The position numbers and the translations under genes were made by a program. Below the pieces are notes generated by a model. The model worked only from the letters and a program-made list of their open reading frames with translations. It was not told the origin of the DNA and ran no database searches. This document shows, in pieces, positions 1 through 18,085 of a stretch of 64,000 bases of DNA (positions are counted from its first letter, which is position 1; the number at the start of each line of letters is the position of its first letter). The stretch comes from the human T2T-CHM13v2.0 reference genome, Homo sapiens: assembly GCF_009914755.1 (NCBI RefSeq), contig NC_060932.1; one strand, 5' to 3'.

Positions 1-469
1 GGGATAGCCTGAAACAGCTAATTACAGTTCTGATATTCCTCTGGAGTTTCTTTGAAGTTTCATGTTTTGTCTAAAAAACTTGTTTTATGATTCATTTTAC
101 AACTTTAATGTTAATATTCCATATCATTATATGTCAGTATTTATTTAAAATTAAAATAATTTTATCTCATGTCTTCTAACAAAAGGAATGGCATTGTACC
201 TATTACCTCCAGTGCTATACAGACTTCAAACCAGTTTGACAAACTCAAGGATTCATTAAATAATCACAAAGGCTCTCTTTGAGCCAAAAGTTTTATGACT
301 CTTGGCTTCTAACAAGTCGAACAGCTAATATTTACTGAATTCCTTTTATGTTCAAGTCACAGGGGAGAATACAAGGAACAATGAGATGAACTGCCTTGGA
401 GATGCAGTTATGATGACAAGTCATGCATATGTACAAAGGTAATATTGTGAGGCAGTACAGACTGCCAAG

Positions 470-640
470 TGAGTAGAGCAGCTTGTTAATGCAGAAGAAT
501 CCAGGATGACTGAGCCCTCTAGGCCTCAATTTCCTCACCTGAAACATGGGTAACCATGCTTATGCTTTTATATCACAGGATGGCTATAGAGGTCAATAAG
601 ATGAAATGTACCTACATACAAATTAGAAAGCATCTTATTC
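470..640 (+). mobile_element. MIR fragment
   Basis: Degenerate MIR core: cctcaatttcctcacctgaaacatggg...cacagga. Confidence 0.5.
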
Positions 641-1720
641 TCGGAGGGTTTCGATCACATGGCAAAACCTTGAGATGGAGTAGGAAACAAGTTGATAGAC
701 GAGCATAGCAGAACGGCCTTCATGAAGACACAGAAAAAGAAATATACCACAAAGATACAGGAAACTAAAAATGACAATCTTTATGGGGTGGAAAGCTCAA
801 TCAAGTGAGATAGCTCTGAAAAAGCAGGATATTGTGGGCCTTGAATTCTAAGTTAGGAAATTTAGAATCACTACTGTAGATGTCATTTTCAAAAGATAAA
901 TCCCTTGGTACATAATTTGGTTCATATTTTGAGACAGCTGGGAACATTTGGCACAGACAAAAGGGCTATTTTAAATGCTTTGACTCCTTTAAAGAATATT
1001 AAAGGGACACGTGAAGAAATCAGATAATTGCTTGCAGGGATCAAGTGTCAGGATGGTAATATTGCTAAAAGAGGAAAGAAGAGAACATGGTTGTTTTTTT
1101 GAGTTAAAAATGAACTGGCATTATGCCAGATGTGGGCAAACAGAATAGAAGTAAATTTGAAAGGAGTTTCAATATAACTCTTGATGCTTGGAGGCAAAAA
1201 GCAAATGGCCTTCAGCGTAATTTGGAATAAATTCTAGCATTATTGGATGAACAACACATGGCTTAAATTTTAATCCAAAAGCTCAACCAGCTCTCTAAGA
1301 TGAAAGTGTGGCATTGGTAGAAGAATGAGTTTTTGGAAAATAATATAGAGGAAATAGTACCTGGTGTTGGTGATAACTCTATATATTCAATTGTTTAAAT
1401 GAGATTTTTGAAAGTCAACTAAAAAGAAAATACATTGTTAGTATACAGTATTAGCATTTGTTTAATGGAAGAACGTAAGTGCAAAACAAATCTTTATTTT
1501 AAGAAGTTTCCAGAAAGCACATCTCTTTTGCAAAATGTGGAAAAGCCCACCAGTGTTGAAACCATATACCTTTGAGTGTTCTTAAAGATGGCTGCATTTG
1601 AACACTGCATATTGTGCTATAATTTGTGTAGAAAAGAAAGAATACATCTACTTGTTACTATGTTAATAAAATAACCCTGGAAATATACAAAACTAACCTA
1701 TCATCTTGGTTTGCCACTAG

Positions 1721-2107
<387 letters not shown>

Positions 2108-2236
2108 TAGTCCAATAAACAGATAAACAAATCAAATGACCTCAAATAAAATGATTATCTTTGATATGGTTTCTAGAGTTTGAAGTTCACTTTATTAATA
2201 AATAAGTCAACTTACCCTACGTACTCAGATGGGTAA

Positions 2237-3207
<971 letters not shown>

Positions 3208-3523
3208 CTAAAATGTAACCCGTTTTGAAGGTAGCATCTCTAGATAAATTGCTTTAAAAAGTCTTCTCTGTGATCGGTAAATCAATGCCATGCCCAGCAC
3301 TCTACTATTATGATTACTCTAATGACATAGAAGATACCCCTCTGCCATCAAGGAGCTTTGAATCTAGTTTAAACCAATGAGTCCCCTTTTGAGACATGAT
3401 CCATTTAAATGTTTGTTTTAATACTGAATTACATAGAAGGTGTAACTCAAGAAGTTTCGTGAAAAGTTTTAGTATCTCTTGTATTTATTTCTCATTAACT
3501 TTTACCCAAATTCAGACCTGTCA

Positions 3524-3883
<360 letters not shown>

Positions 3884-4004
3884 TAGATGTGGGTTGAAGG
3901 ACAAGTTCTACTGCTAATGTTATGTAAGCTTAACTTTTCTTATACTGTTTCTTCATCTAAAACTGAGTATAATTTTAACTATACCAAATGTGATACTCTA
4001 TGAC

Positions 4005-4205
4005 AATAATAATAAAATCTAACATTTATTGAACATTTACTAATAATTTACATGCATTAATTCATTCACTCTTCCCAACAACCCTATAAGATAGGTACTA
4101 TTATTATCATTTTCCAGATAAGAAAACAGAAGCTCAGAGAGGTTTAAGAAACATGTCCAAGGTTAGTTGGCCAGTAAGTAATAGAGCCAGGATTCGAATA
4201 CCGGT
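4005..4205 (-). mobile_element. MIR
   Basis: aacatttattgaaca...gaaaacagaagctcagagagg...gagccaggattcgaa. Confidence 0.7.
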
Positions 4206-4471
4206 CCCTTCCGTAATCACCATGCTTGCTGCTTTTCTTAAAAGTTGGAGATGAAGGTAGACCTTTTTTCACCTCAAACACCTTAGCTATCTTTAGTGGG
4301 TCATATAAAGGGGCCTTTGTACTTTTAAAAACATATTGCCCTGGTAAGTTTCTATAAATGTGGAGAAAACACATGTACTTACCTGATTGTATGATATGGT
4401 TTTTTGTGTGCGCACAAGGTAGTGCTCTGTGAGACCATTGCATATAAGTCTGTTAAGTTCAGGTAATATCT

Positions 4472-5005
4472 TGGCTGGGCGCGGTGGCTCAAGCCTGTAA
4501 TCCCAGCACTTTGGGAGGCTGAAGTGGGTGGATCATCTGAGGTCAGGAGTTTGAGACCAGCCTGGCCAACATAGTGAAACCCCTTCTCTACTAAAAATAC
4601 AAAAAGTAGCTGGGCATGGTGGTGGGCACCTGTAATCCCAGCTACTTGGGAGGCTGAGGCAGAAGAATCGGTTGAGACTGTATCTCAAAAAAATAAATAA
4701 ATAAATAAATAAAACCAAAAATCAATACCAAAATGCCTATCAATCCCAACACTTTGGGAGTCCAAGGCAGGAGAATCACTTGAACCCTGGAGTTCACAAT
4801 CAGCCTGGGCAATATAGTGAGAACCCATCTCTACAAAAAACAAAAAAGTTAGCTGGGTGTGAGTGTGATGGCACATACCTGTAGTCCCAGTTACTAGGAA
4901 GGCTGAGGTGGGAGGATTGCTTGAGCCCAAAAATTCAACGCTGCAATGAACCGTGATCGCATCACTGCAGTCCAGTCTGGGCAACAGAGTGAAACTCCGA
5001 TTCAA
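4472..5005 (+). mobile_element. Two tandem Alus: AluS with a right-arm deletion (4472-4715) and a 5'-clipped AluJ (4735-5005)
   Basis: The first copy jumps from gaatcggttga to gactgtatctc. The second begins at gcct..aatccc. Confidence 0.9.
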
Positions 5006-5024
5006 CGAAACAAAACACCAAGAG

Positions 5025-5422
5025 GAACTCTGGAAAATATGTAACTATATGGAAATTAACCAACATGCTCCTGAATGACCACTGGGTCAACAAAGAAATT
5101 AAGGTGGGAATAAAAAAAATTTCTAGAAACAAATAATGGAAAGAACATATCAAAACCTATAGGATTCAGCAAAAATAGTGCTAAGAGGAAAGTTTATATC
5201 AATAAATGCCTATGTCAAAAAAGTGGAAATGTTACAAATTAGCAATCCAGCAATGCACCTAGAAGAGCTGAAAAAGCAAGAACAAACCAAACCCAAAATT
5301 AGTAGAAGAAAATAGATAAATAAAGATCAGAGCAGAACTAAATGAAATAGAGAAAAAAATCAACAAAAAGGACTGGTGAAAGGAAAAATTGGTTCTTTGA
5401 AACGATAAACAAAATCGATAAA
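5025..5422 (+). mobile_element. L1 ORF2-region fragment (L1PB/L1MA-like)
   Basis: tggaaattaaccaacatgctcctgaatgacc...caagaacaaaccaaacccaaaattagtagaag. Confidence 0.85.
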
Positions 5423-5427
5423 AGTAG

Positions 5428-5757
5428 ACTTTATTTTTTAGGGCAGTTTTAAGTTTACAACAAAATTAAGCAGAAAGTACAGAGAGTTACGATATGTCTC
5501 CCACCTTCACGCGTACATAATCTCTCCCATAATCAACATTCCACCCTCAAGTGGTACATTTGTTAACAATCAATGAATCTATGTTGACACATCATTATCA
5601 CCCAAAGCCCATATTTAGGATTCACTCTCGATATGGTATATTGTATAAGTTTTGACAAATGCATAGTGACATATATCCTCCATTGTAGTATACAGAATAA
5701 TTTCACTGCCCTAAAAATCCTTGGGCTCTGCCTATTCAGCCCCTCTCCCCACATAAC
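5428..5757 (-). mobile_element. L1M 3' end fragment (L1MD-like)
   Basis: gcagttttaagtttaca..aaaattaagcagaaagtacagagagtt...cattatcacccaaag. Confidence 0.7.
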
Positions 5758-5767
5758 CCAGTAATAT

Positions 5768-6081
<314 letters not shown>

Positions 6082-6339
6082 TAACCAAGTAATTTTTAAT
6101 ATGTTTTTCTTATACAAATAATATATAGGGAGGAAGAAATATTTTCATCTAAATAATATAGTATGGTTAAGAATGTTTGCTTAGTATAGACATGAAACTA
6201 ATTATCAAGAATGTCAGACAAGTCTATCAAGCACTATAACTTCAGAATGATAGGATAAGCCTTCATGTGTCTTGTACTTAATTCGTCCTCTTCTATGCTT
6301 AGGTAAAGATTTCTTAAACTGCTGTTTAAAAACACTAAC

Positions 6340-7360
6340 CACAAAAACAAAACTAATAAATACGCAAGAACTACCCATCAAAAGAGAATGAGAAGGCAAG
6401 CCACAGCCACGGAGAATATATTTGCAGAGCTTATATCCGTATATAAAGGAAACCTACAAACCCTTAGAAAAAGACAAACAACTGAATTTTAAGATGGGCC
6501 AAAAGACTCGAATAGATCCTTCCCAAAAGAAGTTACCCAATGGGCGTAATGGAATGAGTATATGAAAAAGTGCTCAGTCTCTTAGTTATCAGGGAAATGC
6601 CTATTATTGAGATGCCATGATGTACCCATCAAGATGATGAGTTAAAAACAAAACAAAACAAAACAAAAAGCCTGAAAATACACACTGTTGGAAACAATGT
6701 GGAGCGACTAGAAGTCTCATACGTTGCTGGTGGGGGTATAAGTTGGAAAGATAACTTTGAAAAATAGTTTTGCAGGATTAAACTAAAGCTAAACATCTGT
6801 ATACCTCACACAAGGTACATATAGAAGAGAAGCAAATGCTTTCGTCCACCAAAAGGAATATGCAAGAATGTTCCAAGAATGTTCATCGCAACTATATTCT
6901 TCATAAACCAAACCTGAAAACAGCCCAAAAGCTCAACAATAGTAGAATTGGTAAATGAGTTCGGGTATATTCATACAATGGATTCTACTACAAGCAACAG
7001 GAAGAAACAAACAATTGTTGCATGTTAGAAAATGTGTGAATCTCACTGAAAAATGTTTAGCAAAAGAGGCCAGGCACAAAAGTACCTACTCGTGTGTGTG
7101 CGTGCGTGTGTGTGTGGGTGTGTGTGTGTGTGTGTGTGTAAAGTTCAAATACAGGCAAAATGATGGTGATGAAATTTAGAATAGTATAACAGTAATTGCT
7201 TCAAAGTTCAAGGACAGGGAACAGTAACGGGGAAGAGATGTGACAGAGCCTTTGGGATGCTGGAATGTTCTATATCTTGATTTAAGTAGTTCTGCACCAA
7301 TGAATACACATGAAAATTCATCGGGTTAAGATTCACGCACTTTACACCTGAATAAAAAAG
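6340..7360 (+). mobile_element. Old L1 (L1ME-like) 3' region
   Basis: gaaggcaagccacag..ggagaatatttgca...tagttatcagggaaatgc...aagaatgttcatcgca...ctatatcttgat. Confidence 0.75.
7092..7139. repeat. (GT)n microsatellite, imperfect
   Basis: Seen directly. Confidence 0.95.
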
Positions 7361-8944
7361 AAAACAAAGTCATTCTGTTTAATATAATAAAATACGTATT
7401 TCCACGCTAAATATTACGTTTACAGCTTTGAAAGATTAAAAGACTGAAAAAGTACTGAGTATTAATCTAGGCAGAATGGTCTGACTGCCTTTGCTAAATA
7501 TGGAATTGGCTTGGTAAAATTACACTTTACCCATGCAGTGGTGTGCAATGATTCCATCAGTGGGACACTTGGAGGAAAATATTATTGAATAACTTTCACC
7601 CAGTGAATATGCTTTTTGTTAAGAGACGCTTGCTTCTAATTGCTTTAAATTTGTGAGTCAGAAATTGGAGGAAGAGGGGGTGGAACCATTCCCCACCCTT
7701 CTCTCCTTGGCACCCCTACTGACCACAGATCTTTCGCTTTGATTCTTATTAGAGGTTTTCTGTCCAATTTTATGGTTTTCCGCGTTCTAAAACACACATT
7801 GTATAAATAAATGACACATGCTTAGGGCTTGCAGATGCCTTTAGATGTTTCTCAAACTTCCCTGTGGGCCAGTTCTCCACCTTCCTGGTGTTTGGGCTTG
7901 AATTCACAGTCAATAGTTGGAATTTTACTTTGGACTTTCATTTGTCTATTGTCCCAGTGGCTCTAGGTAGGATTTGATTAGGATTAGCCCATAGGATTTC
8001 AGTAAACGAATTTTAGAAATTGTTGGAAATGTCACATCCACCAAAATAAATTTTGTATGATGTCCCTAATGCATGTTAATAATCCGTTGGTATATCATAT
8101 GCTGCATTCTGTAAAACTTAACTGGAACATATCAAATATAATTGGTAAAGGTAGAATTCAGTCAGCTCCTACCTTCAAGTTCAAGGATACATCCTGCTGG
8201 CTAGGCAGAAAAGAGAGGCTGAAATTTCTGCATAGCAGCTTGACTTAAGGTTTCTGCAAAGACAGCACACTAGAAATGATAACGAATGTTTGCAAGCTCT
8301 TTCTTCACTTACCACTGACTATACCAGATTAGGAGGAGTAAAATATCTAGGATCTGGAGAAGATGGAGCCTTATGTTATCTTGATGTACAGTATCAGATG
8401 CAGATTAGGGCTAAGGGCTTACGTGGTGAAACGTAATTCTGAGATTGTAAATATTCTCCCACTGCTCACCCAGCCATGTGCAGGACGTAATAGTTTCTAA
8501 TTGCTCTGAGTCTGTGGGCTCCTGAGTCCTCATTCATCCATCCGAGCTGGGGTTTTGGTACAGAGACAATGATGATAAGAAGTACTTTCTTCTCTTTGTC
8601 CCTGCAGACGGTTGCAAAATGAATCTTTTCAGGATTTTATCATCGGGGTGTCAGGTCAGATCCATGAGGCAGGAATGTCAAGTTGGCTAAAGGACATTCT
8701 AAAGTGAATTTATTAAAATGATTCTAAGAGAGAATTAAAATTGTGCTAAGAAATTTTTTTTTACTGGGTTTACACAAAACCTTCATGTTGGTAGTCATTT
8801 ACCTGTCTTTGAAAAGTAGAATTTCGAGAATTGAAATTGCTAGTGTGTGATTCCTTAGTCAATTTTCTTTACAATTGCCTTGATTTCTTTCCTCCATGAC
8901 TCATTTCTTTCTCTTCAGCTTAGAGATACTTTGTAAAGTGTGAT

Positions 8945-9180
8945 TAGGTGTTAAGTGTGCGGATTCTAGAGCCAAGGTAACCGAATTCAAATCCCAGCCT
9001 ACTAGCTGCATGATCTTAGGCATTATTACTTAACCTCTATCTGACTGTTTCTTCATCCGTCACAAGGTGGGGGTGATTATTATAAAACCTAGTCACGGGG
9101 TCACTGGTAGGATGAATGAGTAAGTAGAGATAAAGCTCCTAGCACAGTGTCTGGCACGCAGTAAACACTGCATTAAGGAT
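8945..9180 (+). mobile_element. MIR
   Basis: ttcaaatcccagc..actagctg..tgatcttagg...tttcttcatc...agcacagtgtctggcacgcagtaa. Confidence 0.8.
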
Positions 9181-9574
9181 CAACTTTATCTCTGTTCTTG
9201 TTGAGGGACTCCCCTGTATCTTTCACTGCATGGCTTGGCTCTTCCTGATGCTCTTTCTTTCCCAGTCTTAACTCCATGGTTTGCTCTACATCAGCGTGCC
9301 AACTTTGTTTATTTCTTGGTATAGTTTATTCAAAAGTTTTGAATCCTAAAATCTGGGTGGTGGAGAAGGAGGAGATTATTATTGACCTTCATTACATGCC
9401 TCCAAAGACCTTGGTGTAGTACGTTAAGACTGTCACTTGCCAAGTGACTCATTCATTACCCAATACTGTCACGCACTAGTCATAAGACAATTGGAAGGGA
9501 CAGATGAAAAGAACAGCCATCTACTTTAATTGCTATGTTTTGGAAATAATGTATAATATTAAAACCACAACTCC

Positions 9575-10200
9575 AAATCATAAAGCCTAAGGTTTGGAAG
9601 AGACCGAAAATCACTCAGCCTAACCACCCAAGTGATGCTTGTGTGTATTTGCAATATTCTGTATGGAAGGTTCAGCCTCAGTTAAGTATGGTGATACTCT
9701 TATCAACTCAAGAAGCAGTTTATCTTTTAGATGGCTCGGATTCTTTGGAGGATCTTTCTAACTTTAGTCAAAATTAATATACTCACAGTTTCCATCTATT
9801 ATGTATTTTCATTTATTAATTTACTCTTGAAGTCTTATGGAATAAATGTTATGCATCTTTCCATTAAAAGCCCTCCAGATATTTGCTGACTGCTAGCATG
9901 TTTCTTCTGGAGTCCTCTCTGGATATTCCAGTCGAGCTAAATATTACTCATCTTCTCCAATGTGGATGGTCTGTTCTGAATGAGCTATGATTTCTTAATA
10001 TCCTTTTAATGCTGGTCCCAAATTGAACCCAATACTCCATATATAGTTGGGTAAGCTCAAAGTAGTTACTACCTGTGTCTACTATTCTAGCTTCTAGATG
10101 GTTATACTTCTATTAGTGAACTCCAAGATCATATTAGCTTATTTTTGGTAGCTACGTCATATTTGTGAAAAATATTGTATTAATTTTGTCCAAATGACTT
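9575..10200 (-). mobile_element. Probable L3/CR1 fragment
   Basis: Degenerate motifs ttggaagagacc..aatcactcagcctaacc and cccaaattgaacccaatactcc. Confidence 0.4.
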
Positions 10201-10319
10201 TTTCCGTGCCCTAAGACAGACCCAACCAGCAGCTTATTCTTTGGAGTTTCCACAGCATTTTGTATGGATTGCTATTGTAAAACAAAACCAAAAAATTTAT
10301 CTACAGTTATACACTGCAA

Positions 10320-10602
10320 CAGAACATCTTGGTCAATGGTGGACCGCATACACAATGGTGGTCCCATAAGATTATAATACTATATTTTTACTGTACTCTT
10401 TCTATGTTTGGATATATTTAGATTCACAAATACTTATCATTGTGTTACAATTTCCTGCAGTATTCCGTACAGTAAATGTTATACAGGTTTGTAGCCATCT
10501 AGATTTGTGTAAGTATACTCTACGATGTTCACACAACAGCAAAATCACCTAAAGATGCATTTCCTAGAATGTATCCCTGTTGTTAAGTGATACATGACTG
10601 TA
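10320..10602 (+). mobile_element. Tigger3/MER7-like DNA transposon
   Basis: ggaccgcatacacaatggtggtcccataagattataatac...gttaagtgatacatgactg-TA terminus. Confidence 0.8.
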
Positions 10603-12802
10603 TATTATAATATTGTGTTTCTATTCTAACTATTTTATTGTGTTCTTGCATTTGACTATGAACTCTGCATAGGTAAATTTTTCATTATTTTGTTGTAGTG
10701 GCTAATAACCCATCTGTTACTCAAAATATGTTTGTCAAATAAATGTTGAACTAATCCCTTGATAGAGCATTTTAAGGTAACTAGTTAACAAAGACCACTG
10801 CACCATAATGTCATATGAAAATTTTGATATCAGAGGCCCACAGAGATTGATAGCCCCATCTCCTTTTCTAGAGTCCTACTTATACCTAAACCATCCAGCT
10901 AAAGGTTTGTAGAACTGAGGTCTAATGGACTTCAGGAAAGGGGATTATTAAACCCAGTAGCTTAGTCAAGTGCATGCCCTATGTACGCCTCTAACTATAC
11001 AACCATTGGAAGTATTATGCAAGAGTGTGGCTAGATCACTTTGCAGTCAGCACTCACCATGGCAAAGCAATCAGCTTTAGAAGACAGAGGCCATGTGCGA
11101 GCCTGTTCCAAGGAAACCTGATCCTGGAAACTTGCAGTGAATTCGGCTGCCTTGGCAGTGACATCTCATCTGGCAGCCTGGAACAGGAAAACTTATTTAG
11201 AGAACAAACATGCCTTTTAGGAGCTCGCAGTGAGTCCGATCTTAAACTGAAAACTAGGGGCCTAGGAGATTATGGTTCTGTTTATGTTGTTTGTGTTTTA
11301 CATATGCTGCGTATCCTCCCTTAAGTGGTCTTTGGTTAATACATATTCCTGGCTAACAGTTGCTGTATTGAACACAGAGGAACAGACACACCTCTAGACC
11401 TTCATTCTTCTGGATTTTGCAAACCCGATAGTCAATTTCCAGCTCACCTTTGATAGTAATATTTCCAAATGATAAGGAACAGGAAATGTCGCAACAAGTT
11501 CTCCTGACAATGAGGTCCTGTGTGCCTAGGTTTTGTAGAACATACTGAAAAAGTAGGTGGCCATGTCTTTGATATGCTTTCCAAGGTGCATCCAACTACA
11601 GTCTCCTTCCTTTCTGCCCAGTAATTCCCATCAGTGAACTTAGGCCCAAAATCAATAAAGCTGTTTTTTATAAACTATTATTAAAGGGCATTTCCACTAC
11701 CTGAGAAGGAAGGGAAGACGTTCTAGCTCACCCTTATTAGCACCGTAGGAGGCACTCGTGAATCAATACCTGAAAATGTACAAGTCCCAGACAATCAGTG
11801 CTCAGAGCGAGAGCGGGCAGTGGCTGAACTTGGCCCCAGGCCCACCTATGAAGCCTCCCGAAGACACTGAACAGCCTGATGCAGAGAATGCCAAGTACTG
11901 GAGGGGCGGATGCAAAGGTTCCAGACCAAGCTCAAGGGTGTTCCAGTGCGCTGGCCAGCATCTTAGGGAGGAAGGGGTAAAGGAAGGAAAAGAAGCCTAG
12001 ATTCACCTACAATTTGATCTGTGAGGAGTGTTGTTTATGAGCGGCATCCTTTGCAAATATAGCTTTGGAGGGAAAACAAATGCATGCTATAAATTTCCAG
12101 TAACATCCTGCCTGAGGTAGACTCAGTCACTCTGTAAGACCCCACTGTGCAGACAGGGAAAAGAGACATAACTGCAGCTGATTCTGCAAACAGTGGCCAC
12201 AGTGTCCTACCAAGATGACAGAACAGAGGTCACAGCCACCCTCTAAAGGGCCTCGGGTCTGGCACCCACCCCCTCTCGCCACCGCCTTCTTGCCAAACTC
12301 ATAAACACCCAAGCTGGAAAAAGCTGACAATGTATCTTCCTCTCCCACCCCTGTTGGAACTTTCTTGGATGAACCACTTCATAAACTTTCCCCCTCATGC
12401 AGAGGAAGACTTCTTATATTTTTTTTCTCTTACTTTAGGAAATTTGAACAAAATATTTTTTTCAGGTAAAATATACAAATATTTATTTTTAAATATTTGC
12501 ATGTCAAAATGCACTCAGGCCCAGAAAGTACTCTTAATGGGAGACTCATCAGATCTTGGTATTGAAGGCTCTGTGTTTTGGCAGGTTTTATTTATGGTTA
12601 TAGAAAAAAAAAAGGAGTAACTGAAAATGAAAATGGTTGAATAGACTGCCCCACAATTTACCAATTTCTTTCTTTTATTTTCTTTTTGCTCTGGGCCTGA
12701 GACCAGCATGGAAAAGTTTTAGCTTCTAAATAGACTCTTTCAGGAAGATTTGTATGCTGATGAAGATGGTGTAAAGAAAAGTAGTGTACCACCCTAACTT
12801 GA

Positions 12803-13095
<293 letters not shown>

Positions 13096-15187
13096 CACTT
13101 GTGCTTTGATTAACATTATTTTCCTGTGAAACAAATTAAAGTGATCAATGAGCTCCAGGGATTCATTTTTAATTAAATCATGAAGCAGCTGGCATTCATG
13201 GCCTCTTGGCAAGTAGTCCAGCCTGGGCTTGCTGACTGGAGGAATGAGAGTGGGGAACTTACCAGCTGTCTAAGCGTCTTGGTTCCAGGTAAATGATACT
13301 TATCAGGCTGTTGAAGAATTTAGGGAGCACACCTGATAGATAAATCTGCACACAGCTTTAATGAATTACTCTTTTCTTGCTCTGTTTCAGAAAACTGTAT
13401 GAGAATATAAATCCAAACTTTTCACATAAACTTTTATCGCTTTTAGGTTTGTTCAGAAAGATTGTCCTTGAACTGAAATGAACACATCAAAACTGCTCAG
13501 CTTCTCTGAATGGGAACTATTGAGAAATGATCTTTAAACTTTGGGGTGAATCAGATTTATTTATGGAACTTTTTAAAAATGAAGCAGCCCAGGCTTAAAA
13601 CTTGGTATGAAAACCAGCCTTGAGAGTAAAATACCCAGTTCCTCCAAACTCCTAGTTCCTCTGCGTTACTTATCCTACCGCGTGGTGACTCACATACAAA
13701 CAATATACAGATGTTCTTTGAACCTGGATTTCAAAAGATCCGTATTCAGAAAGAATTCTCAATCACATTCACCATATTCCTAATAGACTCCAAAAGTTCT
13801 CAGAGTTTTCTTTTTCCCAATCCTGCTGATCTCTGAGTCAACATGGAGCGCCCTTGTTAAAATTTTATTTTAATTTGGCATTGCTTTATTTTGCGTAATC
13901 ATTGTCTAAGTAAAAGTCTATCTGCTTCTGACTTTTCAGAAAGAGATAATTTTATAGAAAGTGTTATTTATTTCCTATCTGTTCAACATGAGTAAATGTA
14001 TGAGGACATTAAGATTCTTTCGAACACAATTATTAGCATATTACACAAGTTGAAAGGGATTGGTGATTTTCCACCCCAAAGCGACTTCCTGTAGTTTCAA
14101 ATGTAACTTTCCTGTAACTAGGGAAGCATGAGCTATTTTTAAGCTTTCTTTTTTTTTTAAATAGTGATTAAAAAGCTAGTATTCTCTATAAAGGATTTTC
14201 TTTGAAGAGCATGTGATTCCTAAGAATCTTAATTAGTTGGTCACCAGAAAGGACAGGGAAGGCTTTATAGCTAGCAGACTTTTCTAAGGTTTCATTTTAC
14301 AATTCAGGAGCTCTGTGTTCTAATACCACTCAACTGTCAAGAGATGCTGTAGGTGGAATAAAGCAGGGAAATAAAAGAGATGAAACAGCTGGCATATGTT
14401 AGCCAGCTTTAAGAGCTCCAAAATTACCCGGTATTCTAGAAAATTATGACGTGCGTGATCATTCTCTCTGGGAGAGAAGCTGCTGCAGAAAGCAAACAGT
14501 GACGTAGTATGCAACAAAGGGGCATCTGTGTGGCACCCTGAAGAAAAATATCAAATTACCCCCACATCTAGACAGTCTGGGTAAGGTTATCATCTTCTAA
14601 TAAACGTAAAATTCTAGTTCTTCTAAGATATGCTCCTGGCCCCATTCCAATTACTGTATGACCTTGGAGAAATGTCTTTTGAAGTGTTTCTGTGTCTGTA
14701 AAACCTGGATAATAATACTGTCTGTCCCAGATGGTTGGAATTGTATGAATTAATTAGTTCAAGCTGGAAAGGTCTTTGATAATGTTAAGTGCTGAATATT
14801 GTTATTATTATAGATACAGGTGGAGGCAGTGCTGCACAGCACATCTATAATTAGAAAGGCCTAGAAACTGAAAGTCGTGCCAACACCGCGGGAGTTAAGG
14901 AGACAATACCTTGTGTCATTTTCTCCCGAGACTCAGTCAGCTTGCTATGATGGAATACTTAATTCGCTCTTATCCTCTTCGAAAGGTTGAAGCTTGTCTT
15001 GGACTTGCCAACCAAGCAACATAGTTTTTACCGGGTGTATGTGCTTTTTCAGGCAGTGTTTTGAATGAAGTGCTGACATTTATTAGAACACAGGATACAG
15101 TCTTGGGTTTACAACGCTTGTTAATTGTTCTGAGTCAAGAGACCAAGAAATTCCATTACCAGAAACACCTGTCATCTGAAAAAAATG

Positions 15188-15191
<4 letters not shown>

Positions 15192-15228
<37 letters not shown>

Positions 15229-15519
15229 GAGACAGGGTCTCACTCTCTTGCCCAGGCTGACATGTGGTGGAACAATCATAGCTCGCTGCAGCCTCAAACT
15301 CCTGGGCTCAAGTGATCCTCCTTCTTCGGCCTCTCAAGTACTCTCAGGACTACAGATGCACACCACCATATCCAGCTAATTTTTTTTTTATTGTTTTTGT
15401 AGAAATGGGGTTCTTGCTTTGTTGGCCAGGCTGGCATCAAACTCCTTGCCTCAAGCTGTCCTCCTTCCCTGGCCTCCCAAAAGCACTGGGCTTACAGGTG
15501 TGAGCCACCACACCTGGCC
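15192..15519 (-). mobile_element. Alu (J-like) with a long pure poly(T) run
   Basis: Diverged Alu; ~36-nt T run at 15192-15227. Confidence 0.9.
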
Positions 15520-15638
15520 AGAAATGTTCTTGAGCTATAAAATGAAGAAGAGATCTAACCTTCTTTTAGAGATTAAAAGGCTTTCTTTTTTCATAAACAA
15601 ACTGCAAAGTGTTATGTGGAATCAAAATACATAAAACA

Positions 15639-16033
<395 letters not shown>

Positions 16034-16694
16034 CTAAGGCTCCCCTGAGCCCACTGGACCATACCATGTCTAAACCAATTTTTAATACCTCATTTTTTGA
16101 GTATTCTAAATACCAGCAACATTAAAAACCTGCACTGCTGGGCTCTTCTGGAAGATATAGTTTATGCAGACTGCCAATTTATTTCATATGCTATCTCCTC
16201 TGGAAAACCTTCTCTGACCATCTCGTCTCGTCTTACAAGTTCAACTATTGGTGAAAGTCACACAGCACTCCAATTTACCATTTCAAATTCCTTTGTTATC
16301 TTCTTCTCTATCATCATCATAGCAAATATTTATGAAATACTTATGTGCCAAGCGTGGTATTATCTCATTTAATCCTCTCAACACTACCATGGGATAGTTA
16401 TAATATTATTCATATTTTAGAGATGAGAATATTCAACACAGAGATGTAAAAGAATTGACCACCTAGGAAATGGTGAAGACAAAAGGTAAACCCCAAAGAG
16501 CTTGACTCAAATCTTCTTGGGCAATAGCAAAACCCAAGATCATCTTGTTTATCACTCAGTATAGAGTAACTGCCTATGTGTTTACTTGTCTTTCTCCAAA
16601 ACCAGACCTGTCGGTTTCTTGAGAGCAGGAACTCTGTTATGCTCACGGCTACATCACTGTGACCTCACACAGCACCTAACACACAGTAGTTCTT

Positions 16695-17520
<826 letters not shown>

Positions 17521-17980
17521 GAGTAGTTCTTAATAATTGTTAAATTATCAAACTGGCAGCATGTTTCCTTCAAAGGATAAAACAATTTGCCTATGGTTAT
17601 TCAAAAGAGTAAAATATTAAATAAATTAGAGTTATGGTTGAATACAGTTTAAAATGATGAAAAAATTTGAAAAGTAATTTCTAAAAGAAAACACTAATCT
17701 TTGAACATTTGGGATGAGGCTACTTTGGTGGCCAAGCCTAAATTCTTATTCCGCCCAAGAAAGTCAAATTGACACAACATTTGGGAAAGGTATTCAGCAA
17801 TTCCACTTCTGCAAGTTTATCTTATAAATAATTCAGAAAACAAAATAAATAAAATTATTGTGTAGAAATATATTTATTACAACATTGTTATAACAAATAA
17901 TTGGAAATAGCCTAAATATTTAAAAAATAATTAAAAGATTTTTGAATGGTCAACAATCAGAAGAAGAACCTTATGATAAT

Positions 17981-18085
17981 TTTTTTTTTTTTTTTTTTGA
18001 GACAGAGTCTCGCTTTGTCGCCCAGGCTGGAGTGCAGTGGCGCGATCTCAGCTCACTGTAAGCTCCGCCTCCCGGGTTCACACCC
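17981..18085 (-). mobile_element. Severely 5'-truncated AluY-like insertion
   Basis: ~85 nt of right arm plus poly(T); TSD ttatgataat at 17971-17980 and 18087-18096. Confidence 0.9.

Noticed and set aside
11750-12420. Slightly GC-richer unique stretch with 70-96 aa ORFs
   Set aside because: No recognisable protein motif, CpG island or convincing splice pattern. It could be an enhancer, but sequence alone cannot support that.
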